This document shows, piece after piece, positions 11,598 through 25,252 of a DNA stretch of 64,000 nt (within the stretch, counting starts at the first letter, position 1; each line of letters starts with the position of its first letter). Made by a program: the position numbers and the translations under genes. The DNA comes from Callorhinchus milii (Eukaryota), in contig NW_024704742.1 of assembly GCF_018977255.1 (NCBI RefSeq), forward strand, positions 34,102,001 to 34,166,000. The letters are read 5' to 3'. The notes beneath the pieces are model-generated. The model made no database searches. It saw only the letters and a list, made by a program, of their open reading frames with translations, and had not been told where the DNA came from.

Positions 11598-14324
11598 AAA
11601 CTGTTACAAACTATTATGCTCATGAATCATTACATAAATGACTGTGCATTTGTAGGTGAAGATGAAAGTTTTAGCACTAAGGAACAATCATATGTAGCTC
11701 GATTTGCAGATTTATAAACTGTGCAATTGAAGATTTGAGATTGATGTTTGTTTGACGCCATTATTAAAAGGAAGTCAAACATGTTTGAGCACTCACTCAA
11801 CCATCTTGGGTGGGTTTTAAAACAGGAGCAGAAAAAAATCAAACGACATGTGCATACTCCCCTTAATTCGTAGCCATTTAGAATCCTGCAACTAAGCCCC
11901 TGGATTACCAATGATGCTATCTACTTCACTTAGCGCAGCATTGGGGGAAAAAAACACTCTCTCATTAAAGTGTAGTTTAAAACCAAATAATTCAGGCTTG
12001 CATAAATCTTTAATAGGAGCTACCCACTCCAAATTGGATGCAGTTTCATTCCCCTCCCAAGGGAATCGCTATATGGTTTAGCAAAGAATAATGGCAAACT
12101 ACGTGTTGTGTGACATATGATACCTTAAAGTAATCCTAAGGATTTTTTGCTTTGTCTGCCACAAACAAAAGGCCACCCATGCATAATGTGACCAGGATTT
12201 GGAGACTCCTTGCTTTAGCAGGTGATACACAGTGGATGGACATTCAACTCTTAGCCCACTGATAGCTGGAGGCAGATTTACTTTCAGGCTGATTATAGGG
12301 AGTAAAACAAAGCAAATTGTCTTGCCGAAGCAACTGAGTGTAATTTTACCTCATATACTGTATTACTGTGGTGGTTTGTAGCCAAATTACAGGTAAAGCC
12401 AAACCAAGTATTTTCTTATTCATGAAGCTTCATAGTTCTTGGAAGGTTACAGTTGGGTAATGAATATTTATGGCGCACAAGGCACATAGATTACACTTAC
12501 AATAAAACAAAATCAGCACACAATTTTATTAACTAACATTTAGCTGGACAACTAGCACCTGTTTTCTTAAATTAAAATCTGAATTTTCAGACAAGGAACA
12601 AAACCTCAAAATGCACTAATAAATGTTATTCCTTTAAGGAAAATGTATAGCTGGTAATTAAAACATGATTTGGATTTAAATGCGCCTGTGGAAGCAAATC
12701 TCATCAAATTTTGGTTATTACTCTTTTTAAGATTAAAAATGCAACATTCAATACCTTATCTATCACCGGTTATAATAATAACATTGAATGCACATTTTTC
12801 TAATTTCTGATATCTTTCCAGATGCTCAGAGCAAAATGAATAGAAGGCATTACCATTTATATTTCACTTTCATAAAGGTATGAACCTTGGTAATGTTTAA
12901 AAGAGTTAGGTGGGTGGAAGAATGATGCTAATTCCCCTTATAATTATTCAGCGAGACCCATGTAGTGTAACAAAAGCTTATTGTTCCTTTAATACAACTG
13001 GGCTATAGATCGAAGAGAATCATATTTGAGAATTCTGATTGTTTCATGTTTAATTCCTGCCTAACAAATGCCAGTGCTAATGTATTACAGATTATTCAGT
13101 CAATTTGATGGTTCCAGGTGAAGAAAAGAACACAAATCTCTTTTCCTAGTTTAAAAGGGTCATCTCGATGACTTCCCCTGCAGGAGCAGAGATGATGCTT
13201 GACATGAATCAATCAAGCAAGCTCAATTTTACAGTTAGAGCACCTAATGCCTAAACATGAGTGTGCAGGTGGAAATTAGCACCCGATTATGAGCATACAT
13301 GATCTTCCTGTGGAAGACAATAATATTGGCATTAAGTTCCTCAAGAGGGAAGATGCTGCTGGTTTTTAATATATCTTAAATTATGTCAGAAAAACACTGG
13401 AACATCACACAGAAGCCACAGTCAGTGTATATTGCTATCTCATAAAGCTTGAGATCTCTACAACAATATTGACACAGGAGCAGGCAAGCAAATGTCAGCC
13501 AATATAACATATGAAATACTTAACGTAACCAATTTTCAGCTGTCAATCAGGCTGGAATAATGACTGATGTTGGGAATCAATACTACACAATTGAATTCCA
13601 ACTCACAAACTTGTTTCACTCTGCACTGTAAAAGTCTGTTAAATGTCTACATTAGAATTCCAAAGGTTTATTTCAGACAAACAAGCCCATTAGTAAAGCA
13701 AAACTTCAACACAATTATCTTTTTTCTTCCTTACTCATAAACCTTTCAAATCAAACTTTGTTGGATAAATGTAGGACTGTGCCAAAAGAGTCATATTGTT
13801 CTTATAAAGAATCATCTACGGAATGCTAAAAGCATTTTTATTTTCCAGTCATGAGCAGACATATGTGACATACTCTATCTTAAAGACATTCTCCGCTGCA
13901 TGTAAGAGCCAAGCTTGCATCCTTTATTCACAGTATATTTGAAATGACGACTGCCTTCCAAGCAGAAGACCCGCTGGCCGATTATCTAATTTCAGGTCTG
14001 ACAACTGGCATCCTCTGAAAGTGAGTCAAGGTGGTAGAAGATTACAGGTCATAAGATCTTCGTTATTTCCCACCTGTAGCTTCTACCAACATTTTATTAA
14101 GGATTTTTTTCCATCGTCTCTCCGAATGACCTCTGTGAGTGGGAATTCTACACCCAGGGGACGGAATAGTCTTATGCTTAGTAACTGGTTGTCAATAGAA
14201 GAAACAAGGAGTATTTTAAAAAGGCAGTAACACTTTTATTGGCTGAAAAATAAAATTGTAACTTTAAAACATTTTTTGCATTTCATTCGAGGGTTACAAA
14301 TCTTTCAAAGTGTCTAACAACATG

Positions 14325-14440
14325 TTTCGCCCACAAATATACAATCAATTCATTTTACAGTATATTCTGTGAAGCGCTTTAAGACGTCTAGAAGACGTCA
14401 AAAAGCGCTATATCAAATGCAAGGATTATTATATATTATA
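14325..14440 (+). mobile_element. SINE-B 3' fragment
   Basis: TTTCGCCCACAAATATACAATCAATTCATTTTACAGTATATTCTGTGAAGCGCTTT...AAAGCGCTATATCAAATGCAAGGATTATT. Confidence 0.85.
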
Positions 14441-14892
14441 ACAAGAAATTGATCAAGTATAAATTACTGGCATGTTTAACAATACATTGAAAGTTTGCAA
14501 ACTTATTATATGTTAAAAAATATTGTTCCTTAAAGGCAATTTTGAAATATAGTCTAGAAAGAATATAAAGGGGATACTGATGGGGCAAATAACAGTAAGC
14601 AATTGGACGAATTTTTAGTTACTGAGGATTGGATATCAACATGAGATCCATGAAGATCCCAGTGCACTGCTGTAAAGACTGATAACAAGTTTTAAAAAGA
14701 ACGTAAAGAAAAACAGTGTCCAGGGCACTTAATTTATAAATACATTAACCTGTTCAGAACTAAATACAACATTTAGACAGGGACAGATGATATATAGTCA
14801 CAATCCTATCTCCATTTGTATATGCAGACATATCATTTGTACACAACTGACTGTTGTCTGTCTCTCTTTTCGGCCAAGAGTCCTCCCATCAC

Positions 14893-15082
14893 TACAACAA
14901 CAACAACAAGATTCCATTTATTGAGCGCCTTTCACGTCGGGAGGACGTCCCAAGGCACTGTACAGTTGGGTCAGGACCCGAGCATTGGGGGGAAATGGTC
15001 AGGGTGAGGGGAGGGAAGGGAAGGAGCGAGGAGGGGGTAGAGAGTCGAGAGGGGAGCTGAAGGCACGGTCAAAGAGAAAGGT
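14893..15082 (-). mobile_element. young L2 3' fragment
   Basis: (CAA)n-GATTCCATTTA...GCGCCTTTCACGTCGGGAGGACGTCCCAAGGC...GGCACGGTCAAAGAGAAAGGT matches the 53.4-kb L2 3' end. Confidence 0.9.
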
Positions 15083-15544
15083 CTAATTTTAGTAAGAAGG
15101 TCCATGTGCATAAACAGGGCAAAATGAAAGGAAATTACAGCAGTAAATGAATAGTCATTCATGCTTACTACTTTCCTAGTATTCCTACCTTTCCAAAAAC
15201 AGCATAAACATCCTCAGTAAATTTGGTTAAAATTAAATCTCTAAATTATTTGTCTTGTCTAAAAGCCATGAAGGAAACATTCTTGTAAAATTCTTGTGTT
15301 GCTGAGAAGACTCATCAAACACAGTGATATTAACATCAGGTCAGAGGTGGCATTAGGGAATTTAATGATGGGAAAGCTTTACAGAGTAAAGCAGTGCTAG
15401 GAGTGTCCAGTGCAGAGTAACTTTCTACCTGAGGTGATAGGGTAAATTTGTAGTTACCTAGGAAAGAAAATTGAGACCTGTGAATGTTAACAACAATGAT
15501 GATAATGCCAAAATGCTCATCACAGGCCACCGAGAACCCTAATA

Positions 15545-16157
15545 CGCACATTCACCACATCCAGGTTCGACTATGCAAACTCCCTGCTTGTCGGCCTCCC
15601 CAACTCCTCCCTCCACAGGCTGCAGATCATTCAGAACTCTGCACCCATGTCCTCTCCCGCACCAGGCTCCGCGACCCTATCAACCCCATTATCGCCGGCC
15701 TCCATTGGCTCCCCATCACTCAGAGGATACAGTTAAAGATCCTCAAAGGATCGTTAAAGATTTTCAAAGCCCTTGATGGGCTTGCTCCCCCCTACCTCTG
15801 TGACCTCCTAACCCCCTACCAACCTGTCCACTCCTTCCACTCAGTGGGCTCTGGCCTGCTTCACGTTCCTTGCCTCGCCCGCCCCATAATTGGCAGACGG
15901 GCCTTCAGCCTCTCTGCCCCTACCTTCTGGAACTCCATCCTACAGTCCCTCTGCCTGACCGCCTCCCTTGCCTCCTTCAAGACCTGTCTCAACACCCTCC
16001 TCTTCGACTGTGCCTTCGGTCACCCACCTACCCCCACCCTCCACCCCACCCAATCCAAACCACCAGCTCGGGTGCAGATCCCTGACAGTCCAGCACCTTT
16101 GGGATGTCCTCCTGACGTGAAAGGCACTATACAAATGTAATTTGTTGTTGTTGTTGC
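15545..16157 (+). mobile_element. older L2 3' portion (ORF2 C-terminus plus tail)
   Basis: Translation RTRLRDPINPIIAGLHWLPITQRIQLKIL...GLAPPYLCDLL...[16 protein letters not shown]; tail GACGTGAAAGGCAC...(TTG)n. Confidence 0.9.
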
Positions 16158-17074
16158 TGTATACTCCTTCCATCTCTCCTGACTGCCACTGCCTCTCACT
16201 CTGGTATACCCTTTTCTCCACGCATCTCAGTTAGGGCAATTACCACATCAAATGTCATATTTTTGCCCACAAAATGCAGTTACTACACTTTATATATTTT
16301 TACTTTTCTGTACAGTATTTTCACTTTACTATATATATATGTGAAGTGATTTGAGACTTCCGATGTGAAAGGTGATATATTAAATGTAAGGATTATTATT
16401 ATTATTCACTCCATCTCTCGCAATGAATTTAGGAATGTTTGGCAGTTATGTCTTTTGATAGCATTCCTTTGGAAAGTTCATTCAAAGCCTTAACGCCTGC
16501 TTTTAATGCAAGAGGAATGTTGATTCCTTATATGTCCATCAAGCTTCTGTGTTAATACCTTCTTAAATGATTTACCCCGATCTCCTTTTGTTAGTCTTTC
16601 TGATACTGTGCAGCAGAATACAATTTCAGATCAAGCAGAATATCATAAAGTGCAGAACATAGTCAATATGTCATTGATAAACGCAGCAGACACAGTGCGA
16701 AAGTGCATGACAAAGTAATGGGTAAGTAGAGATATTCTATAAAAACTGATATTCTATAAAATCCTAAGTAGTTTAGTTAGCCAGCTAATGCACTAATCTG
16801 AGTGCTGGAATTTCATGTAGATATAGCTTTGAAATGTAGACGATGATTGTCAAAGAAATATTTCTCCCTATCTCACGTAGCACATTAATACAGTTGTAAA
16901 ACTTCATTATTTTTATCTCTCCCAGGGGTCAAAGATATTAAAAATACAGGTGCTATTTTTCTAATTCACTGTGAGCGGCCAAACAGAAAAAAAAAGAGTT
17001 TCTCTGAGCGATTGGATTGTAAAAGGTGAGACATGAATGACCAACCAGAGTAATGTATTCACTCATAGACAAAA

Positions 17075-17305
17075 CTTCAGTCACTTAATGACCTGGTCTT
17101 TTTTTTACTCACACTGATTCACTCAGTGACCTAGTCTGTCACTCAAGAACAGTCACTCACTGAGTGACCTAATTTGTGTCTCACTCACAGTCACTCGACC
17201 AATTACCTAGGTTGTCTCTCATTCGCACAGTCACTCATGGGTGATCTCATCTGGCACTCACTCACATTGTCACTCACCATATGACCTCAAACACCTCTCA
17301 CTAAT
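17075..17305. repeat. degenerate minisatellite, ~38-40 bp unit
   Basis: Recurrent CAGTCACTCA....TGACCT...CTCAC motif, about 6 units. Confidence 0.7.
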
Positions 17306-18409
17306 ATGTCAAATGTCCATCCATTGTTTGTGATAATTAGGGACTCTTCCCACTCAGCTTCTCTTATCCCTGCAAGCCAAAGCCGTCGCGGGCAAGGTTG
17401 TCCTAGCTGGACAAATAGTGGGAAAGCTTGCCAGACAATGCTCTAAATGGCAAGTTATGTAGCTTTAGCTGGTTAGATTCCAGCAGTATCCCAATGTACA
17501 CTCTGGGGTCCCTCAAGCCTTAGCTCTTGCCTAATACTGTCCGGATTCATTCCTCCAGAGAGAGAGTGAATTATCCATTCCATTAAACATCTCTGGAATT
17601 TTCATGTATAGGCAGGATGCATGGAACTCTCAGTTTGGTTTTGATACTCTTAACTCTGGTGATGGGTTTCTGTCAGACACCAAGCTGACCCCCACCACTC
17701 GCCTCCCACCCCCCTTCCCCGGCAAAAAGAAGTGCTGTTAGGCTTTTGACTTTTCTTGTGTGTGTATGGTATGGAGCTATCCCCAGAGCCCAGGAGTGCC
17801 ACCGAAACCAGACACATTCCATCTGATTTACACCTTTATTTCTGATTACTGTCATTGGCAGAAATGGTATAAAGGGAATATATCATTAGCTCTGCTGGAA
17901 TCAAAAATATGTCCTTGGATAGAAAAAGCTTTGCTTATGACCTGTAATCCTGTTCTCAGGGACAGCTGCTCAGACCATACAGCAGTTTAAAATATCAGCT
18001 TGCTACCTCTTGCTGAAAGTGGTTGGTTCCTCACTCAGCATTTTCTCCTTGAGTGGCCAATGACCATTGGATATGTGAGTGCGAGACGTGCAAGGTGACA
18101 CTCTAAAGTCAAAGTGACATTCAAAGGCTAGTTTCCTCCAATCTTTATGGCAGGGAAAACAAATGTATTAATATACCAAATATACCAGTTACATCCTGAA
18201 CTAAAAAAACACTGTTAAAGTGTAAACTGATATTATGATGTGGTAAAATAATTAATTGCATATATTTTATGTTGTAACGTTCCTCAAGCAACAGACGAAA
18301 AAGTCATATTTTCTAAAAAAAAGATTTAATTTCTTTAAGACTTATTAGACATAGTAATGTTATCACAACTTTTGCTGGAGCAGAGGGGATGAGGAACAAA
18401 CACCCTAAG

Positions 18410-18690
18410 GTATCTTATAGCACCTTATCACATCTTTGAGACGTTTCAAAGCACTTCACAGAATATACTGTACAGTGAATTCACTGTATAATTATGGGTG
18501 AAATATGGCAGCCATTTACACACAGTAGTGTCTCACAAACAGTCATGGATTGAAGTAACCAATTTTTTTTTTTTTTTTGAAGGAATTATTATCCCCGGAA
18601 AAGCAATCCGCCAATCGACTATCAATTGGGTTCCTACTTACTGCTAGGTAAACAGAGTAAGGAAGCTTACCCAACATTTTGCCCTGTAAT
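18410..18690 (-). mobile_element. SINE-B copy (tRNA head missing or degraded)
   Basis: AAGCAATCCGCCAATCGACTA...GGTTCCTACTTACTGCTAGGTAAACAGAG is the reverse complement of the 29010-29427 copy. Confidence 0.8.
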
Positions 18691-18984
18691 ATCCCTACTC
18701 ATAAAATGAGAGAATCAAGCGATGTCTCTCTTCACTGAGGTGTAGCTATTAGAGAGTTCCCAATATCTCACTGGCAGCACCCCCAACAATGTTATCCTCG
18801 TGTTAAAAACAAAAATACTACTGTGCTGTGCTTTACAGGGTACAACTTCAATGAATGTAGATAAGCATTGACTTCTCACTGTGAGCTACAGTTTGGGAAT
18901 GGATCATTCAGCAGCAATGGATTTTTGAATGCTTGATTACAGCAACTTGTTCTTCTTTTAAAAGTCAATTTATTCCTCCTCCAG

Positions 18985-19885
18985 CTGTGACTCCCAGTCC
19001 ATTAATGTCCTGTCAGCTTGTTTGACGGACATCAAGGCCTGGATGAGCCCAAGTTACCTGCAGCTGAATGTCGGCAAGATGGAAGCCATGCTCTTTGGCT
19101 CCTGACAACGTCTTCTCTTCTGCAGATCTGAACTTCTCAACATCCCGGGCTCCCCCTCAGACTCACCGTACCCCATGTGCAATATAGGCGTCAAGTTCGA
19201 TCCCCAGCTTTCCTTTCTACCACACATCTGTTCCCTGACCAGGCTTCTTTCTACCTCCACCACAATACCTGCCTCCATCCATACCTCAAAACCAATGCAG
19301 ATGAAACCCTCGTCCATGGATTCATCACTTCCCGGCTGGACTATTCCAATGCCCTCCTCGCTGGTCTCCCCAACTCCACCATACATAAAATACAATTAAT
19401 TCAAAACTCCACTGCCCGGATACTCACCCGCATAAAACTCCATACCCCCATCATACCAGTGCTTGCCAGGCTCCACTGGCTCAATTTCAAGATCCTCTCA
19501 CTCATTTTCAAACCCTTCATTCCCTCACATCTCCCTACCTAACTGACCTGCTTACGCCCCCACTCCACTCTACCACCCGCTGCCTCCACTCAGCCAGCTC
19601 CGGCCTCCTGTTTGTTCCTCATCCCCTCCGTTCCACCATCGGTGGCTGTGCCTTCAGCCATTACGCCCTGAAGCTCTGGAACTCTCTCCCTCAATCCCTC
19701 CAGCTTCCCCCTCCCTCCCCACTTTCAATTCCCACTGAAACACCTTCATTTTTTATTGTGATTACGGTGGCTTACCCCTTCTCTCTCCCCCTGGCTCGTT
19801 GTCAGACTCCTCCACTGTCAAGTGCTCTGGGACGCTACCTGGTGTGAAGGGCGCTGTATAATTGTAAGTTGTTGTTGTTGTTATT
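18985..19885 (+). mobile_element. older L2 3' portion, frameshifted
   Basis: ACLTDIKAWMS..YLQLNVGK, NIGVKFDPQLSF, ETLVHGFITSRLDYSNALLAGLP...ARLHWL; tail GTGAAGGGCGCTGTATAATTGTAAG(TTG)n. Confidence 0.9.
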
Positions 19886-20324
19886 GCATTTGAGGGAGGG
19901 GGGAAAGAGGGCAAAGAAACTGGGTGTGACAAAAATGAGCCATAACATCAGATACAGTCTCAGACCTCCATGCTGAATGATACAGTGCTATTTTATTCAA
20001 AAGTAGAACAGCTACACAGGTCCCTGAATAGCTGAGTGGATAAAGGAATAGCAGCAGTGAACACTGAACATTACTGACCAGAGAAGATCAAAGGTTTTTA
20101 CCACAATCCCTTGAGATTTCAGACCCAAGCAACGGATAAACATCTCAAAGAGCATGAAGGGATTTACTGTGAAGTGTAGTGACTGTGTATTTGTAGGCAA
20201 ATGAAGCAGGCTATTTGCACGCAGCAATGTGTTATAAATCCTGACAGCCAGCTCCCTCTGCTCCACAGCAAGTGCCAGTTTGACAAAGCCTGTCTGTGGT
20301 ATTCCTGAGCCAACAGAATGGTAT

Positions 20325-20438
20325 TGCCCACAAATATACAGTCAATTCACTTTACAGTCTATTCTGTGAAGCGCTTTGAGACGTCGAGAAGACATGAAAA
20401 GCGCTATATCAAATACAAGGATTATTATATTATTATAT
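20325..20438 (+). mobile_element. SINE-B 3' fragment
   Basis: GCCCACAAATATACAGTCAATTCACTTTACAG...GCGCTTTGAGACGTCGAGAAGACATGAAAAGCGCTATATC. Confidence 0.85.
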
Positions 20439-21814
20439 TGGCAGTATTCTTGCCATCTGCTCACCCTCGGAACAGCGCAAGGAAGAAGTAATGAGGGTTA
20501 AATAACCGTAAAACTTTAAAAAAAAGGACAAAATGGAAAGAAAGGAAAGATAAATGTTCACTGAATGTTTTTATAGATCATTAATGATTAACTATGCCAT
20601 TAAGCCCAAGCAATGATTCTACCACTACTATTGGGTCTGCTCAAGATCAGTCTTGGCTTGCCAAATAAACTATTGGCTGGGGCCTCTCACTCCTTTTCAC
20701 TGCCACTTTCCTGCTGACCTCCATGTTTGCTTCCCGATGATCTGCAATTTCCCCCAAGCTTCCAAGTACCTTTTATCCTCCACTTCTGTTCTTTCACTGC
20801 TTATCTCCCAGCTCCATCTGTGCCAGAGGTATCATCAACTTTCCCTCCCCACTAATTAGAATTGCCTCCTTTTACCCCTTCATTGCGATATAAATGCAAG
20901 TTATTGTGCTTCTTTTTGATCTGAGCACTTTTGTCTTATTGTTCCTAGCGCTGGGATCCACCGTGAATCTCGGGCTAATCAACAACAACAACTTTATATA
21001 GCACCTTTTATATAGCACCCTTCATGCCAGATGACATCTCAGAGTGAATATTCATTACTGTAACAGACATAAATATTGGAGCAGATGTACCAGAAAATCC
21101 ACTTGGTTTAAACCTTCACACTTTTTGAGGTGAAGATATGATGTTTCATAAACTGATTCAATATCATATCAACTCTGTTATGAAACTTAGTATTTTTCAC
21201 CTCATGGCTATTTATCCTGCAATGCAGACCTTAAAATCTTTGGTTTTAAATGATAATATTTGCATATTCCGAATGTATTTAGAGATGCAAATCTTAGAAT
21301 AAAGGCATTCTCATGTCAGTTATTTTTTAAAACTAAAATCATGGAGTCTTTAATGGTAAGTCCACAATGTGGTTCAATACTAACTATACAGGTTTTGAAG
21401 GCCCCATTTCAATCCCTGGTCTTTACTGAGTTAAACAATCTCAGCAGTGGCTTTTGTGAAATCCTACATTACAATTAGCATCAGCATCCTGAAACAACAG
21501 AAGGGAAAATTCGAGTAGAGTTCCCATTCTTGATCGCAATCCAGTAAAAACAAAGTCACTACCCACATGAAATAGTAATTTCAAAAAGTTCACGGTCTCT
21601 GTGATATCGTTTATGGTTAAAGAGTTTGTGGACATGAAGGGTGAGGTTCATGGAGGACCATAGGTATCTTATGGAACTGTACCTCAGAAGGAAATATCAT
21701 CTTTAGCGGAGAAGTAAGGAGATTAAATAACAGGGTGTGGGAGGAGAAGAAAATCTGGATGAAGGAGTTGGAAGTATACCTTCCTTCATGAGATTTAATA
21801 ATAACCTATCATCA

Positions 21815-22050
21815 AACCTGTGTGTGCAGTTATGATTTCCTCTAGCCTATGTTAAAAAGTTCACCCTAGCTTAGCTCTAGGCTGTGCTGTGAGATTCACT
21901 CAATCCTGTGTTGTGAGGTTAGCTCTTCCCTGTGCTGTGAGATTCACCCTACTCTGTGTTGTGAGGTTGATGAGGTTGACTCTATCCTGTATTCTATGGT
22001 TGGCTCTAGCCTTATTGTAAGGGTGGCTCTAGCTTGTGCTGTGAGATTGG
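21815..22050. repeat. degenerate minisatellite, ~24 bp unit
   Basis: Units alternate CTGTGCTGTGAGATTCAC... and CTGTGTTGTGAGGTT... Confidence 0.7.
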
Positions 22051-22764
22051 ATCAAGAGCCAATGTTGTTAATTTTGTCCCAGCCGGTGTTATAAGGTTGT
22101 CCTGTGCATGAATCGTATTCTACACATTCAACATTGTCATAAAAGACAATGATCATGATTCTGACTGATACTGTAATATCATCTGCATGGAAACCAACCT
22201 TAGATTTATGTGGGACGTTTGAGACGAGGTGGCCAAGCAGCTGACAAGATAAAGTGCTTGTGTTGCTGATCAGATGTGTTGTCTGGAAGTCATTTGGCAC
22301 TTGTCATTGCGTTGAGGAGTGTTTTTTTTCTTTTTGACTAATGTTCTACTTTCCAAGGAATGAACTGAAATAGAATTGAGGAGAGTAAACAAAAATGGCT
22401 ATGTTTTATAAGAAGTTGTTGAAGATTTTGACAGCACTCTTGGAAGGAATGAAGACTACGGAGCCTGGTTATAATTGATGTGCTCTTTGTTTTTCAGCAG
22501 CGCAGCACTACCCAGATTAGATTGCTCGAAGTGGTGCATTTAACAATTAAGGCCTACAGAGACTAGTGTGGAGATTCTTTGGATGATTGTGTTAATAATA
22601 ATACAGATAGACGTTAATTCCAGTCAATTGTTTCACCACGTTAGTGACACCGGGTGTGGGGGGGAGCTGAATATACCTTGTATATCAATATGGGATATGG
22701 GCTGCTGACTTCTGAATGGCTGACCAAATGCAATATGAACCTCTCTGGTTGATCACTCCAAATC

Positions 22765-23070
22765 ACAGAGCCTGTGGAGAACTTCAGGCTATCTTCAACC
22801 CTCAATTCTCCTTCAAACCTTTCATCCAAGCTTCCTTTGTCCACATCCTCAACATTGCCCGCTTCTGCTGTTATCTCACCCCAACACAGTCTTAAGCCTC
22901 TTTGTCACCTTGATACTTCATTTTTCCAAAGCCCTGCTTGCCAGCCTGTCCAGCCTGACCTCCACACTGTGCAAAAATCAGAAAACCATATTCCACATCA
23001 GGCTTTGCGAGTCCATCATCCCTATAATAGCCCAGTTCCACTCGTTCCCTATAACTCAACAGAACTTCAG
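22765..23070 (+). mobile_element. very old L2 ORF2 remnant
   Basis: Degenerate match to the [14 protein letters not shown]...HLRNIARLR...LQ..QN region of the 53.4-kb L2. Confidence 0.5.
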
Positions 23071-24394
23071 AGGTGAATCGGGGAGGTGAATAGTGAAGAA
23101 GGATCTAGTGGTTAACAATATCAATGTGACATATCAGTTAAGTAACTGGAATACGGTATTTAAATTCTAGTTATTTTTACTTTTTAATACTGTTTAGATT
23201 AAGTTCAAAGTATCCCAAGTGATTTGGTGATTTTAAGTGATCTTCCGCAAGGCCATGTCCCCAAGAACTTGCATAACTTATAAAAAGTTTTTAAATTCTT
23301 CAGGTGCACAAAATAAAATCTGCAAATCTAAACATTTACAATTGAGGTTAGAGCATTCTCTGCCATGGGCCATGACGCCTCTGAGCTCTGCACTGTACCA
23401 GTGTGCTTCTTCTTATTCTCTTCACCCTGTTACCTTTTCCTCACTAATTTTCAGGGCTGAATTGCTCTGAGTAAGACATTATTAACTCAACTGGTACATA
23501 CAAAGTTGATTCATTTGGGACATGCTGCAGCCAACTTGGCTATCTCTAATACTGCTGCCATATGTAGAGACTGTTTTCTAGGGCAAAAGTGAAATCAGTT
23601 TGTGTACAACAAGATCCCACAAAGGATAGTCATAAAGTTTAATGATGTTAATCTGGAGGGTTATTGGTCAGAACACTGGGTGATACTCCACTACGGGGAA
23701 CACCCTTTTTCCTTTCCAATAGTGTCAAGTGATTTTTAATGTTCAGCTGAAAAGTAGGCAGAGGGGACCTCAGGTTAACCTCTCATCCAAAGGATTGATC
23801 ACTACAGGTTCAGTCATTAGCTGACCTATTTTTGTTAACACTAATGAAATTGCATTTGTGACAGAGTATTTAGAAATGTAGGGTGTTGATGTAACGTTGG
23901 ACATTGGTGATTTGCTAAACATTCACCAAGAAGACTTTCCTCCTATGATATTTTAAAAATGAAAATAGGAAAGCATTTCGACATATCTCGTAAAACTGAA
24001 ATCAATTAAATGTTTTACAAGCAATGATACATGTTGCAGAGAGTGCACACTCCACGCAACAATCTCTGACAATGTTACTGGTAAATCAAGCTGTGCAGTC
24101 ATGTGTTCAGCTCAATTTAGTTCCCATGCGTCAGTCAATCCTTTCTGCCATTCATGACTGTAATTGCAACTGGGAAGCTCAGTGCACATTTAGCAGTGAC
24201 ACTAACTGGTTGCATCCAAAGGTGTTGACCTCCCACTGATACATTAATGGGATCTATTTTAAGCTCTTATTGAAAACTGGAGTTAATGGAGGAAATGTAG
24301 AAAGTTACATTTCGCTAAAACCTGTGAAGAATGTGTGCAGTCCTGAGAAAGACTTTCTCTATATGTAACCAAATGGTTTCAATCGATTGGTATC

Positions 24395-24760
24395 AGTATT
24401 GGCTCAGCTGTAGCACTTTCGCTTTTGGGTTATGGGTTCAAACTACGTTTCAGGATTTTTGCTAATAAAAACTGATGCTCCAGCACAGTGCTGGGGGAGT
24501 TGTATTGTCAATGGTTCCATCCTTCAGATGAAAAACAAGGTCTGCCTGCCTCTTCAGGTGGACGTTAAAGATGTTATGACACTACATACACAGTTGTTAC
24601 ATGTTTTTGCAATTACTTCTGAAATGCCTTGAAACGTTTCCACGTTCACCTCCAAATCCAGTCACAACACATTACAATGAATCCTGTGAAGCAGTCTGAG
24701 ATGTTCAGCTGATGTAAAAGATGCTTTATCAAATGCAATGAGTACTATCATTATTTATTA
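24395..24760 (+). mobile_element. SINE-A copy
   Basis: TGGCTCAGCTGTAGCAC head, TCTGCCTGCCTCTTCAGGTGGACGTTAAAGAT, tail to ~24760. Confidence 0.7.
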
Positions 24761-24821
24761 TTGACACTTTAAACCTATATCAGAAACAAGAATCATTATT
24801 ATAGTGCAGTCTTTGTAAAAG

Positions 24822-25252
24822 AATAATAATAATCTTGGATTTGATTTTGCCTTTCATCAGGAGGATGTCTCAAAGCACTCCACAGGATTTACTGTAAAGT
24901 ATAGTGTTTTTTTTGGCACATGTAGCAGCCAATTTGAGCACAGCAATGTCCCACAAACAGCCATGAAATGTTTGATCTATTTTATTTTGTGTATTTTGGG
25001 CCAGGAAACTGGGAGAAACTCACTTTTCTTTTTGAGTAGTGCCATGACATCTTTAACATCCACCTGAAAGGTAGCTAGGACTTTGGTCTAAAGTCTCTCA
25101 TCTGAAGCATGGCACCTCCAACAATGCACCACACCCAGCATTACATTGGAGTGTCAGTCTAGACTGGGAACTCAAAGTCCCAATGTGTGGCTTGAAACTT
25201 CAGCCTTCTGACTCAGGCCTGAATGTCCTACCAACTATTCCAGGCTGACACC
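24822..25252 (-). mobile_element. SINE-A full-length copy
   Basis: Colinear with 42155-42602 from the (AAT)n tail to CAGGCTGACAC. Confidence 0.85.

Noticed and set aside
17400..17545. SGVPQ-like RT remnant
   Set aside because: Probably a very old LINE fragment, but too degraded to delimit or assign.
17075..22050. Repeat arrays at 17075-17305 and 21815-22050 as CRISPR-like arrays
   Set aside because: Degenerate tandem units without identical repeats or unique spacers, no cas genes, and a vertebrate context.
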